DNA of 24,829 nucleotides, taken from a virus. The notes below the pieces were generated by a model that did not search any database, was not told the DNA's origin, and worked only from the letters and a program-made list of their open reading frames with translations. Shown piece after piece: positions 1 through 8,699 of the stretch; position 1 is the stretch's first letter; every line of letters starts with the position of its first letter. The stretch lies in UHGV virus genome UHGV-0244087. One strand, written 5' to 3'. The position numbers were made by a program, and so were the translations under genes.

Positions 1-1233
1 AGGATATTGTTCTTTTGTAAAGGCGCGCCCGTCGCACTTTAACCAGCCTGCTGGCGGTGTGGCGGTGGGCCACGGAACAGGCACACCAACGGGTAGCGCC
101 GAGCCTTCTCCTAAACCAAGGTAATTGAGGACATCTTTTATACTGCCCTTAGCGATAATAGCGCGACCAATAGCTGTAAGGGTTGCCAGCGCTGCGCGGT
201 CTGCTCCGGTAAAATAAGGCAACCGATCTGCTGCAGTGGCAAGTCCTGCCAGAGCAGTGAGCGTGGCATCTGCCGGTTGTTTTCCGTTTGCCAGATCGTA
301 TGCAGCCTTGACCGCTTTCGGTGTGGCGGCCAGTATTTCAGACGTGCTGTTGATAGCACTGCTCAGTTGTACGGTGCCTTTTGCCGTCAGCGAGGCAGCA
401 GGCACTCCCGTTATCTGACTCCACGGGTGAGTGTGGCTGACGGGCGCCTTGCCGGCTGCAAGGTCGTATGCAGCCTTGACGGCCTTTGGTGTGGCGGCCA
501 GTATTTCAGACGTGCTGTTGATGGCACTGCTCAATTGTACGGTGCCTTTTGCCGTCAGCGAGGCAGCAGGCACTCCCGTTATCTGACTCCACGGGTGAGT
601 GTGGCTGACGGGGGCCTTGCCGGCTGCAAGGTCGTATGCCGCCTTGACGGCTTTTGGTGTGGCGGCCAGCGTTTCAGAGGTGCTGTTGGTGGCGCTGCTA
701 AGTTGAACAAAGCCTTTTGTGGTCAGCGAGGCGTCCGGGTGACGTCGTGACTGTTCGTGCTTTGAGATTTTATCATCCACATATTTGCGGGTTGCCAGAA
801 CCACAGACGGGTCGATTTTCAGCGTGATGGCTTCGGTGTTCGTGACAACCAGAATCATGCGGATAGTCTGGGTGCGTCCACTGCCTTCCTGCAACTGCGG
901 TTTGTACGTTTCCGGGCAGTTTGCCACCGCAATGAGTACACCTTCATCATCATAAAGACCAATCTCACGGATCCAGAATCCTCCCTCGCTTTCAGGGATG
1001 ATTTGCTCCGCAATAATCTGGCTCTGATTGTTAGGGTCAACACTCAGAAGATTCAGCGGTGCAATGCGTTTCTGGTTAATCAGTTTTGTTTGTGCAGGGT
1101 CTGGTGTTGGTAACACACCATTTGCATCACCAACGGCCATTTGCGTCAGATTCAGCTTACTGCCGAGCATCGTCGCGTTAGCCAGTCGTGCCGCGCCCTG
1201 ATTAGTCAGAATGGCGTAGTATTTCACTGTCAT
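1..1233 (-). CDS. H: Tail fibre protein (P2 gpH-like), partial; the 3' end runs off the window
   Basis: ATG at 1231-1233 (minus) overlaps the stop of the I gene; the frame stays open to position 1. Translation contains three tandem 56-aa repeats typical of phage tail-fibre repeats. Sits where H follows I in P2 gene order. Confidence 0.85.
   Translation of the reverse strand, partial: MTVKYYAILTNQGAARLANATMLGSKLNLTQMAVGDANGVLPTPDPAQTKLINQKRIAPLNLLSVDPNNQSQIIAEQIIPESEGGFWIREIGLYDDEGVLIAVANCPETYKPQLQEGSGRTQTIRMILVVTNTEAITLKIDPSVVLATRKYVDDKISKHEQSRRHPDASLTTKGFVQLSSATNSTSETLAATPKAVKAAYDLAAGKAPVSHTHPWSQITGVPAASLTAKGTVQLSSAINSTSEILAATPKAVKAAYDLAAGKAPVSHTHPWSQITGVPAASLTAKGTVQLSSAINSTSEILAATPKAVKAAYDLANGKQPADATLTALAGLATAADRLPYFTGADRAALATLTAIGRAIIAKGSIKDVLNYLGLGEGSALPVGVPVPWPTATPPAGWLKCDGRAFTKEQYP
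280..740. repeat. Three tandem copies of a ~168-bp unit inside the tail fibre gene (third copy degenerate)
   Basis: The 17-mer tcgtatgcagccttgac recurs at 296 and 464, and with one change at 632, giving a 168-bp period. The plus-strand ORF 277..750 in the track is an artefact of this repeat. Confidence 0.9.
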
Positions 1234-1838
1234 GCGTTTACTCTCAGATTATCAATTAAATGAATGGCCGGGGCAGGGAAATAATCCCCTTCGACAATAA
1301 TGGACTCCGGGGTGTAGGGATAAACCGTCAGGGCGTCGCCGTAATAGCATCCCGTACCAACGAAAATCTTTCCGTTCACACTCAGGCTGATCGCCAGCCC
1401 CGTCAGATGGCGACTTACTGGTTTTGCATCCGCAATAAGGCGCTCAAGTTCCTGATACATTTCATCGGTGATGCCCTGATCAAGTACTCCGACAACAATG
1501 CGAAATGTCCCAGGCTCCTCATTGAGTTGCCACCACTCCTTTACTTCAATCAGGTAGCCGAGAGCCTCCACGGCTCTTCGCAGTGCGCTGATGGTCCCTT
1601 TGTGTCGGTGTATCAGCCATGCATCACGAATCACCTGTCGCTTTGTCTCTTCCGGCCAGTTGCGATCCCAGCGGTCAACGGAAAACGCCCAGGCGAGATA
1701 AGGCAGCAGATGCACCGGGCAGGTGTCCGGCGACCACAACGTGTTGAGGTCTACCGGAATGTCTGTAATGCGTGTTCCGACGGCTTCGGCACAACGCATG
1801 AAATTGCTGGCTGATGGGGGTAACAACGAATTACTCAT
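1230..1838 (-). CDS. I: Baseplate assembly protein (P2 gpI-like)
   Basis: Recalled similarity to P2 gpI (LWSPDTCP..LLPYLAWAFSVDRWD). Start moved to the internal ATG at 1836-1838, which has an AAGGTGGA ribosome-binding site and lies 2 nt after the J stop. Confidence 0.85.
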   Translation of the reverse strand: MSNSLLPPSASNFMRCAEAVGTRITDIPVDLNTLWSPDTCPVHLLPYLAWAFSVDRWDRNWPEETKRQVIRDAWLIHRHKGTISALRRAVEALGYLIEVKEWWQLNEEPGTFRIVVGVLDQGITDEMYQELERLIADAKPVSRHLTGLAISLSVNGKIFVGTGCYYGDALTVYPYTPESIIVEGDYFPAPAIHLIDNLRVNA

Positions 1839-2727
1839 TGCGTCCACCTTCGCTGATGGTGAATGACTCACAGCGCGCCGCCTGTATGTCGCTGATGGCC
1901 ATATTCTGTGTGGGTTCGATTATCTCCACGCGTTGCACACCGTGCACATGCAGTGCGGCAGCAATGGCGGACAACGCCACGTCCTGACCGATAAGCCCCT
2001 GCTCAGCCAGCCACTTCCTGAACGACGATTCAGCCGCGGCCAGAATAGGTTCGGATTCCGGGCCGGGGTAAAAGTACAGTTTTGCATTCAGCCGCCATGT
2101 CACGATTCTGGCGCTCTGTACGGTCAGGCGGTCGGCCACCGGGCGGGTATCCTCTGCATTCAGAACGGCGCGAACGGTATTAAGCAACGCCTCCGTTGCT
2201 GTGCCGTCGCCTTCAGTGGACAGGATGGAAACCGTCACGTTGGCCGGAGACGGGCTGATGGCTCGCGCGTCGCGTACCAGACCGCTGGCGCTGCGTGCAA
2301 AATACTCGTATGCGCCTGACGGGCCAGCAACACTCAGACCGTCATACGCCCGTTGCGCCCGCAGTCTCAGCGATGTGTCGCTTTCCATCACCGCGTCGGT
2401 GGTATCCGTTGCCGGAGTGATAACCAGGCGCTTTGTGTTCATATTGCCCGCGAGGTTGTCCAGGTCTGTCCCGGCGCTGTGGCTTAACATGCAGGCGCGT
2501 GCACCCTCATTGACCCGCTGGCGTAACAGCATTTCACGAAACGCTGTTGTCTGGGCGATAACGTTCAGGGGTTCCGATTCCAGCTCCAGCGCGGCGGAGA
2601 CGGCTTCACGCTGTTCGGCAGGATAGGACGCAATCATCATGGCCTTTGTGTCAGCCAGAATTGCCTCAAAATCAGGCTTCGCGATGATGGCGGGTTCCGG
2701 TAACTGGGAAAGGTCAACAGCAGGCAT
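1831..2727 (-). CDS. J: Baseplate assembly protein J (P2 gpJ-like)
   Basis: 298 aa, ATG start, position between W and I; size and order match P2 gpJ. Confidence 0.9.
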   Translation of the reverse strand: MPAVDLSQLPEPAIIAKPDFEAILADTKAMMIASYPAEQREAVSAALELESEPLNVIAQTTAFREMLLRQRVNEGARACMLSHSAGTDLDNLAGNMNTKRLVITPATDTTDAVMESDTSLRLRAQRAYDGLSVAGPSGAYEYFARSASGLVRDARAISPSPANVTVSILSTEGDGTATEALLNTVRAVLNAEDTRPVADRLTVQSARIVTWRLNAKLYFYPGPESEPILAAAESSFRKWLAEQGLIGQDVALSAIAAALHVHGVQRVEIIEPTQNMAISDIQAARCESFTISEGGRNE

Positions 2728-2730
2728 GAT

Positions 2731-3081
2731 TTACTCCCTCAGCGTGATGGTTAACTCAACATTCTGCATGGTCTGCATGACAGTGCCCGACAGCGTCACC
2801 CCGGCGCGGCCTCCCGCTTTCCAGACAACGTCGATGGCGTCCAGGGCAATGCGGGGTTCCCATCGTGTCAGCGCAATCACGGCAGCACTCATGCATTGCA
2901 GACGCGTGGTGTTATTCATGGGTTCGTCAATCAAATCAGGTACAAGGCTGCCATATTCCCGTCGCATAACCCGGCTGGCCAGCGGGGTGGTCAGGATGTC
3001 CCTGGCTGACTGTTTCAGGTGCTCCATATCATTCAGGTTTCCCGTCCCGTCCGGATTCATTCCTGTGTAGCGGGTTGTCAC
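2731..3081 (-). CDS. W: Baseplate protein W (gp25-like)
   Basis: 116 aa; N-terminus MTTRYTGMN resembles recalled P2 gpW MTARYLGMN. GTG start overlaps the V stop. Confidence 0.9.
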   Translation of the reverse strand: MTTRYTGMNPDGTGNLNDMEHLKQSARDILTTPLASRVMRREYGSLVPDLIDEPMNNTTRLQCMSAAVIALTRWEPRIALDAIDVVWKAGGRAGVTLSGTVMQTMQNVELTITLRE

Positions 3082-3659
3082 TGCGGGCCTCCTGTCGAAT
3101 CGCTGCCGCCTTTCACACCACCGTGTTTATGCGTATGCACTGTGATGCCGTTTGAGGTGAAGTTGCCGCCGCTGTGCGTGATATTGCCGCTCATCTTTCC
3201 CCCTTTTGTGACGTCAAGCGTCGCTGTTCTCAGAAGGTTTGTGCATTCCACGACGGGCGTATCCAGTGTCACGCTGACGGATGCCTGCAGGGTGGCTGTT
3301 TTCATGCCGCTGGCGCTCAGTGCGCCAGCGTCTGCGTCGTAGCGGAACACCGCGCCATCCGGCGCGCTGACCACGATTTCTTTCAGGCTTTTGCCGGGGG
3401 CCGGACTGGCATCACTCCACAGGCTGCCAATTATCATGGCGGTTTCCGGGTTGCCGCCAATGCAGGCAATTACCACCTGTTCGCCTGGTGATGGCGGCAG
3501 CCACACATTGAAGGCTCCCGCGCGCGTGGTGTTCCAGCGCAACCAGCCTGTTTCCAGTTCGCCGCTGCGAACGCGCACGCGCCAGGACTTCTCATCAACT
3601 TCAGAGATGATCCCGGTGCGGATGATGTTGCTCAGCAGTCGCATGAGTTCTGCGCTCAC
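3078..3659 (-). CDS. V: Baseplate spike/hub protein V
   Basis: 193 aa; NIIRTGII..GEQVV..THKH motifs resemble recalled P2 gpV. Start is uncertain: GTG at 3659 overlapping the upstream stop, or ATG at 3644. Confidence 0.85.
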   Translation of the reverse strand: MSAELMRLLSNIIRTGIISEVDEKSWRVRVRSGELETGWLRWNTTRAGAFNVWLPPSPGEQVVIACIGGNPETAMIIGSLWSDASPAPGKSLKEIVVSAPDGAVFRYDADAGALSASGMKTATLQASVSVTLDTPVVECTNLLRTATLDVTKGGKMSGNITHSGGNFTSNGITVHTHKHGGVKGGSDSTGGPQ

Positions 3660-4291
3660 CGTACAGCCTCCGCAATCCGGCCCAGCACCGTGTTATAAAT
3701 CAGGCGCTCATCTGCCTGGCTGATACCCAACAGCTCACGTACCGGGTAATCGGTGAAAATGCCCGGCGCAACCTGATCGCGCTCACCGAACTGATGAACG
3801 CGTGCAATACGTGCGGCCACGCCGCTGTAACCCACCGTCACACCGGAGGCATCTGCACGGGCTTTCAGGTAGCGGGCGGTGCGCAGTTTTACGAACATGG
3901 GGACGCGCTTTGTGCTGTCCTGGTTGATGCGCCGGGTGCGTATTTCCAGAAAACGGTCGATGTCATCCCGGTAAAACGTGCGGATATTGTTTTTATCCTC
4001 ATCCCACCCGGTAATGGTTCGCCCGTATTTCCCCGTGTCGTGATGCCAGTTTTTCAGCGTGCGTGCTTCGTTATTCCAGATAAAGCGAATGCGCTCCTGT
4101 ATCCGGGTTACGCGGCGTCTGCGTGGTGTCCATTCGGTCCCGTCCGGCGCTTTTTGTGACCGGATACGCGCCTGCTGGGCGCGACGTAAATCCTGTGCCA
4201 GCTTTCTGGCGATGTTATTGATGGCCTGCTGATTCAGGCTGTCGCGGATAGCCTCAAAGGTTTCATCCACGCTGGTGAATGCCTTATCCAT
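3656..4291 (-). CDS. Phage virion morphogenesis (tail completion) protein at the P2 S position
   Basis: Sits between R and V as in P2. Start is uncertain: ATG at 4291 or GTG at 4300. Does not match the recalled P2 gpS sequence closely, so the family assignment is tentative. Confidence 0.7.
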   Translation of the reverse strand: MDKAFTSVDETFEAIRDSLNQQAINNIARKLAQDLRRAQQARIRSQKAPDGTEWTPRRRRVTRIQERIRFIWNNEARTLKNWHHDTGKYGRTITGWDEDKNNIRTFYRDDIDRFLEIRTRRINQDSTKRVPMFVKLRTARYLKARADASGVTVGYSGVAARIARVHQFGERDQVAPGIFTDYPVRELLGISQADERLIYNTVLGRIAEAVR

Positions 4292-4751
4292 CGCTTTCAC
4301 CCCACGTCACATCCTGGAATACATGCGACCAGTCGCCTTCGGAAGAAGGCAGACGGGGTTTTGGCTCCGGCAGGTGTTCTGCCTGCGGTGTGCCCTGACT
4401 GTTGCGCGTGATGCGAACGCGTTCCCGCAGGGGGAGCGTAAACAGGAGATCGGCGCTGTCATCGTCATTGATAACGGCAGAAAATTTGATGTCCTGATTA
4501 CGCTCCGGATTGAGCAACAACTGTGGCTGATTTTCGGATAACCACGCCAGCAGCGGCAGCGTGAGGTCGTCCAGCTCTCCGGCGTAATCCATGACAAACA
4601 TCACCATCTGATAGCGGTAAACAAACGAGGGCGCTTCTCCGGTCGTTTCAATGTTGCCGCTCTCCACGAAAATGGTGAATTTCTCGGGATTAGCCTGGCA
4701 CCACCGACACCCATGAAGCATGGACTCTCGCAGACTGTTTGTCTTAAGCAT
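4284..4751 (-). CDS. R: Tail completion protein R (P2 gpR-like)
   Basis: 155 aa, same length as P2 gpR; ATG start; immediately upstream of the S-position gene. Confidence 0.85.
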   Translation of the reverse strand: MLKTNSLRESMLHGCRWCQANPEKFTIFVESGNIETTGEAPSFVYRYQMVMFVMDYAGELDDLTLPLLAWLSENQPQLLLNPERNQDIKFSAVINDDDSADLLFTLPLRERVRITRNSQGTPQAEHLPEPKPRLPSSEGDWSHVFQDVTWGESDG

Positions 4752-4774
4752 CTGTTTTGCTCTCCTGCTCTTCC

Positions 4775-6655
4775 TTATGCTGCGGGATTATTGATTTCCA
4801 GCACCAGGCTGCCGATATCGACGCCGTACGCGGCATTTTTAGTGATATCAGTTAACGTCAGCGCATTCAGCCCCAGTGTCAGACTGTCTTTTATGACCTG
4901 GAATGCCGGGCCAGCCACTCCATTCAGTTTCGGAGTAACCGTGGCACTGCCGGCGGTGAACACCAGCTCCAGCGTCTGCCAGTCGTTACTGTAATTCCCG
5001 AACTCGCCCAACTTTGTGTTTCCGGCTTTCTTGTGATGCATCAGATTCAGTTTGCCGTCTGTGGTCTGGGTGAAGAACGACATCAGGAACGGGTTACCAG
5101 TCCCGGTCATCGCCACGACGTCAGGTAACGCTACATCGGTATACAGATAAATTCCCAGACCGAACTGGTTGTTGGTCAGTGCGCCTGACAGTCGAAACTT
5201 ACAGCTCAGTCTGCCACCCCGTGTCAGCAGGGAGACTGCGTCATCCACCGGATGCATCAGGGACCAGGTTTTATTGCTCTGCTTGGTAACCTTAAACACA
5301 CCATCTTCCAGCGCAACACTGCCGCCGGTGATGGTCCAGCCCTGCGCAGCAGCCTCTCCGGCTGTCGGCAGCAGGGAGACTGTACGAACGGATGTGTCAC
5401 CATCAGACGGCCCCGATGGAGTGTCGCCGCCGGGCGAGGGTTTAATCTCCGGTGCGGTACCGCTGATGAAGGCGCTGGTTCGACCAACTGCGTTCAGAAT
5501 AGCGGTTGCCAGGCGATCCGAAATAATGCTCCTGCGCGCCCATGAACTGAAATGTGTCGGACGATTTGACGATACCCAATTACCATTACTACGGGATTGC
5601 GCGCCGTAATAACCTGCATCAGCAATATCCGGGTCTTCTGCCGGTAAGTTGGTGGGCGTGTTGTTGCCGTTACCGTCGGTCATGAACGGCACAAAGAAAA
5701 CGTTGTCGCTCTCCCTGTTTTTGTACGCGCCGTAGACGGAGTCATACTGTGTGCCGTATGTGTTTTTCCAGTAATACGTCGTGTCGCCACAAATCCACGG
5801 TACAACTGCAGCACTGCCGCCATGGCACTGCGCGTTAAATCCGGAAAGGTCAGTACGGAACTGCTTCAGCATGGCCGTGAACAGGTCCGGTTGCTGTGCG
5901 TAGGTGGCAGCGCTCATGTCAAATTCGCCCTGCATCCAGCACACCGCCAGCAACACATTTTTCGGGTTCTTCTGTAATGCAGCTTTAGTGCGCGCAATCA
6001 GGTCCTGATATAACGGTTTACCCACACCCCAGCGCGCCGAATCCTGGCTGGCCCCCGTGGTCGTACTGAATGTTCCCTCCGCGCCCTGAGTGAATGCCGA
6101 ACCACCACGGCAGCATGGTACCAGCAGGATCCCCGCGTTATTCGGGATATACGGGAGCAGTTTTTTGGCAATATGTAAGCCCTGGCCGACACAGCCGTAC
6201 TGCCCTTTGCTCAGGTCTGCCTTCGGATGATTCAGTGCGCTCATATCCTGAACATCATGCAGGCAGTGGTCTGCCGGAATGATGTCGTTAAATGCGCATG
6301 CTTTACCACCGGGAGTCACTGTGTTGCGACGGGCCAGTTGCTTAATGCGTGGGTGGGGCGCATCGTAAGAATCCGGCAGCGGCATTCCATCACCATATGA
6401 CATGGCATTGGATTGACCAGCAAGTACCACCACGTAATACCACTCCGGCACGCTGCCGTGCTGGGGGGAATCAGGTGAGATGTCTGTAGTGCCATCGGCC
6501 ACCATTGCCTGCATTAGATACCACGGGGTGCCGGGTTCGTAGGCAACCCGCGTCTCCCCCTGAAGATGCCACCCTTTCGCAAGATGTTCATTCACCTTTT
6601 GAGTCAGTTCAGCCTGTGTCATGGCTGTAATCAGTGCAAAGTTCTTACTGGTCAT
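4775..6655 (-). CDS. NanS-p-like prophage esterase: N-terminal DUF1737-type domain, central sialate O-acetylesterase (SGNH/SASA) domain, C-terminal lectin-like domain
   Basis: 626 aa. N-terminus MTSKNFALITAMTQAELTQKVNEHLAKGW; esterase motif WYYVVVLAGQSNAMSYGDG. Start ATG overlaps the LysC stop, and the gene ends 23 nt before R, so it sits inside the late operon. Confidence 0.8.
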   Translation of the reverse strand: MTSKNFALITAMTQAELTQKVNEHLAKGWHLQGETRVAYEPGTPWYLMQAMVADGTTDISPDSPQHGSVPEWYYVVVLAGQSNAMSYGDGMPLPDSYDAPHPRIKQLARRNTVTPGGKACAFNDIIPADHCLHDVQDMSALNHPKADLSKGQYGCVGQGLHIAKKLLPYIPNNAGILLVPCCRGGSAFTQGAEGTFSTTTGASQDSARWGVGKPLYQDLIARTKAALQKNPKNVLLAVCWMQGEFDMSAATYAQQPDLFTAMLKQFRTDLSGFNAQCHGGSAAVVPWICGDTTYYWKNTYGTQYDSVYGAYKNRESDNVFFVPFMTDGNGNNTPTNLPAEDPDIADAGYYGAQSRSNGNWVSSNRPTHFSSWARRSIISDRLATAILNAVGRTSAFISGTAPEIKPSPGGDTPSGPSDGDTSVRTVSLLPTAGEAAAQGWTITGGSVALEDGVFKVTKQSNKTWSLMHPVDDAVSLLTRGGRLSCKFRLSGALTNNQFGLGIYLYTDVALPDVVAMTGTGNPFLMSFFTQTTDGKLNLMHHKKAGNTKLGEFGNYSNDWQTLELVFTAGSATVTPKLNGVAGPAFQVIKDSLTLGLNALTLTDITKNAAYGVDIGSLVLEINNPAA

Positions 6656-6933
6656 TGTGTTACTCCCGTCTGGTGTGTCAGTTCGGCTATTCTCTTATCC
6701 AGTTCAGCAATGGCCCGTTTATCCGCGTTACAGGTTTCCAGTGCATCCAGAAGGCGGTCGCCCCATATTCCGAGGTTTCCCCATGTGGGTGGGTCAGGGA
6801 AGGGGGGAGGCGTTACCGGCATGGTCAGCGTCTGCGGTATAAGCCGGACTGACGGCGCTGGCCCTGGCGCGTTCTGCGTGCCTGCGCAACCTGTCAGTAA
6901 AACGAGCGTCAGGCAAAGCGTGGGCGCATTCAT
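6652..6933 (-). CDS. lysC: Outer-membrane spanin lipoprotein (LysC / Rz1-like)
   Basis: 93 aa starting MNAPTLCLTLVLLTGCAG (signal peptide plus lipobox), proline-rich. Begins inside lysB in another frame and extends past it, as in P2 lysB/lysC. Confidence 0.8.
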   Translation of the reverse strand: MNAPTLCLTLVLLTGCAGTQNAPGPAPSVRLIPQTLTMPVTPPPFPDPPTWGNLGIWGDRLLDALETCNADKRAIAELDKRIAELTHQTGVTQ

Positions 6934-7189
6934 CTTTTGCAATATCGTTGCGTAGCTGTTCACGTCTTACCTCTCCGTCCTGATTGCGTTGCTGATTTTC
7001 CGCGCGGAGCTGAGCCAGCACCTGCTGCATATCCTGTACCCCGGCGCTGATGATATTCAGTGTGTCGACGGTACTTTTCAGGGTGCTGGCCTGCGCTTCG
7101 TTTCTGGCGTTCTCCCGGCCCAGCGACCACGACAGACGCATGGATGTAATCAGAAGGAAAGCGACGCCAAGCGTGGGCCAGAGCTTCAT
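6794..7189 (-). CDS. lysB: Inner-membrane spanin (LysB / Rz-like)
   Basis: 131 aa; N-terminal transmembrane segment WPTLGVAFLLITSM followed by a charged coiled-coil region. ATG overlaps the endolysin stop. Confidence 0.8.
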   Translation of the reverse strand: MKLWPTLGVAFLLITSMRLSWSLGRENARNEAQASTLKSTVDTLNIISAGVQDMQQVLAQLRAENQQRNQDGEVRREQLRNDIAKDECAHALPDARFTDRLRRHAERARASAVSPAYTADADHAGNASPLP

Positions 7190-7578
7190 GCCGGATAGGC
7201 TCCGTGTGGTAACTGAAAATGCGGTCCGTCTTTCAGGGTCTTCCAGTCGCCGCCCCATTCCACCGGAATATTCAGTTCCTGGCTGGCCTGTCTGAATGCT
7301 GCTGCGATTTTTTCGTACAGCGGCCATTCCCATGACACCTGGTTGCCGACATAAGCCACAACATCCACGGCATGCCCTGTGAGATGGCGACTGTTCATGG
7401 TCTGGCTCTTGCCTGTGGTCACGAGCTGCTTCTGACGATAACGACTGCGCAATCCTTCGGTGATACCAAAATCCACTTCCGAAATTTCCAGTGCCCGTCG
7501 GGTCACTTTCACCAGATCAGGATTTACGCCCTGCAAATTCTTTTCGCTCCGGCTGCTGAATTTAAATGTGTTGCTCAT
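7186..7578 (-). CDS. Endolysin, peptidase M15 family (L-alanyl-D-glutamate peptidase, T5-endolysin-like)
   Basis: 130 aa; MSNTFKFSSRSEKNLQGVNPDLVKVTRRALEIS resembles the recalled T5 endolysin N-terminus, with an SRH...G.AVD zinc-site pattern. Sits between the holin and the spanins. Confidence 0.8.
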   Translation of the reverse strand: MSNTFKFSSRSEKNLQGVNPDLVKVTRRALEISEVDFGITEGLRSRYRQKQLVTTGKSQTMNSRHLTGHAVDVVAYVGNQVSWEWPLYEKIAAAFRQASQELNIPVEWGGDWKTLKDGPHFQLPHGAYPA

Positions 7579-7898
7579 TCGTCCTTCTCCTTCACCCTGC
7601 GATTAAAGGCCGCAATAACCTTGTCGCGTACTTTCTCTGCCCCCATAAAACCGATTGATGCGCCGATAAACGTTACGGCATCTTCAGGAAACCCGAAGAA
7701 GCGCAACGACCCGGCCACGGCCATGGCAAGAACGCCGCACGCCAGCGATCCCGTTACGGTCTGAACCAGTGTTCGTCCGTCATAAAGACTCATCAGCGCG
7801 GAAATGCTGACCGCCGCGCCTACTGCATAAACCGTTGGCAGGTGGTCAAAGAGCCACGCAATAACCTGCTCTGTGATCCCTGTTTGAATGGTGCTCAC
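7575..7898 (-). CDS. Holin (three predicted transmembrane segments)
   Basis: GTG start at 7896-7898 preceded by a GGGGGGAG ribosome-binding site, 2 nt after the X stop. Three hydrophobic segments and a charged C-terminus. The track ORF 7575..8117 is over-extended into X. Confidence 0.7.
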   Translation of the reverse strand: MSTIQTGITEQVIAWLFDHLPTVYAVGAAVSISALMSLYDGRTLVQTVTGSLACGVLAMAVAGSLRFFGFPEDAVTFIGASIGFMGAEKVRDKVIAAFNRRVKEKDE

Positions 7899-7900
7899 TG

Positions 7901-8101
7901 CTACTCCCCCCACAACTGAATCATTTCTCGTTTCTTCTTCTCCGGCTCCGGCATCTCCACTTCCTGCCCGGCGTCCAGAAATACCTGCTGACAGAGTCCG
8001 GGGTTGGCATCCAGCACCTTTTCGGTGACGCCCTGCGTCGTGCCGTAGTACCGGAAACAGAGCGAATCCACGGTGTCGTCTTCCAGTGCCTTCACTTTCA
8101 T
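7901..8101 (-). CDS. X: Tail protein X (P2 gpX-like)
   Basis: 66 aa starting MKVKALEDDTVDSLCFRYYG, close to the 67-aa size of P2 gpX. ATG overlaps the L stop by 1 nt. Confidence 0.85.
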   Translation of the reverse strand: MKVKALEDDTVDSLCFRYYGTTQGVTEKVLDANPGLCQQVFLDAGQEVEMPEPEKKKREMIQLWGE

Positions 8102-8595
8102 CAGCACAACTCCGCAAAGATTCGCGGGCGGCACAGAATGTCAGAGATGGCCCAGCTCACATCGCGCCACAAATCCGATGTCTGTATATCCAGTGCGTCC
8201 GCCCGGCGATCGCCCTTGTCCGTTGTGTCCGCATCGCGGTAACGCTCCAGAATCAGGGCACGTGTGGCGGTATAAACAGCATTGCGCCAGTGCCAGAGAT
8301 TGACGCTTTCTCCGTTAATTACGGGTGCCGGAACATCGGCCAGCGTCTGATGGCCAGCCGCCTGCTGTTCCTGCTGCCACGCTTCCAGTTCGCGGGTAAC
8401 GTGAGCCACGGCCCCAGTGGCGGTATGCAGCAGGCGGGAGGTGGTCACGCGGCCCGGCAGTCGTACCGCCAGACGCAGCTCGCGCAGCACAATATCCGGC
8501 CAGAATGCACCTGCTGAAATGCGAGTGTCGCCATCATCGGTATCGGTGATGTCGTCCTCTGCGGGTCCTGGTTCAGTTCTGGCAACCATACTCAT
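8101..8595 (-). CDS. L: Head completion/stabilisation protein L
   Basis: About 164 aa, between M and X. Start set at ATG 8593-8595, which has an AGGAG ribosome-binding site; the track start at 8604 is a GTG without one. Confidence 0.85.
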   Translation of the reverse strand: MSMVARTEPGPAEDDITDTDDGDTRISAGAFWPDIVLRELRLAVRLPGRVTTSRLLHTATGAVAHVTRELEAWQQEQQAAGHQTLADVPAPVINGESVNLWHWRNAVYTATRALILERYRDADTTDKGDRRADALDIQTSDLWRDVSWAISDILCRPRIFAELC

Positions 8596-8699
8596 GGAGT
8601 TCACTCCTGAAAAAAAAATCGGGCGGTGGGTGCGCGGTGTAAACGGTCACGGAGTCAAACCGGAACACCGCGCACGCCGCCCGCTGACGGGGTCAGTCG

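Noticed and set aside
277-750. Plus-strand 157-aa ORF with internal repeats
   Set aside because: It is the antisense image of the tandem repeats in the minus-strand tail fibre gene. The real gene here is H, which follows I with an overlapping start.
3656-4300. Assignment of the S-position gene as an orthologue of P2 gpS
   Set aside because: Position fits, but the protein is about 211 aa against 150 aa recalled for P2 gpS, and the sequence does not match my recollection of it. Called only as a virion morphogenesis protein.
5169-5609. Plus-strand ORFs of 146 and 97 aa inside the esterase gene
   Set aside because: Antisense to the well-supported NanS-p-like coding sequence.
7575-8117. Track ORF of 180 aa (extended holin)
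   Set aside because: The upstream half overlaps gene X in another frame. The holin is trimmed to the GTG start at 7898, which has a ribosome-binding site.
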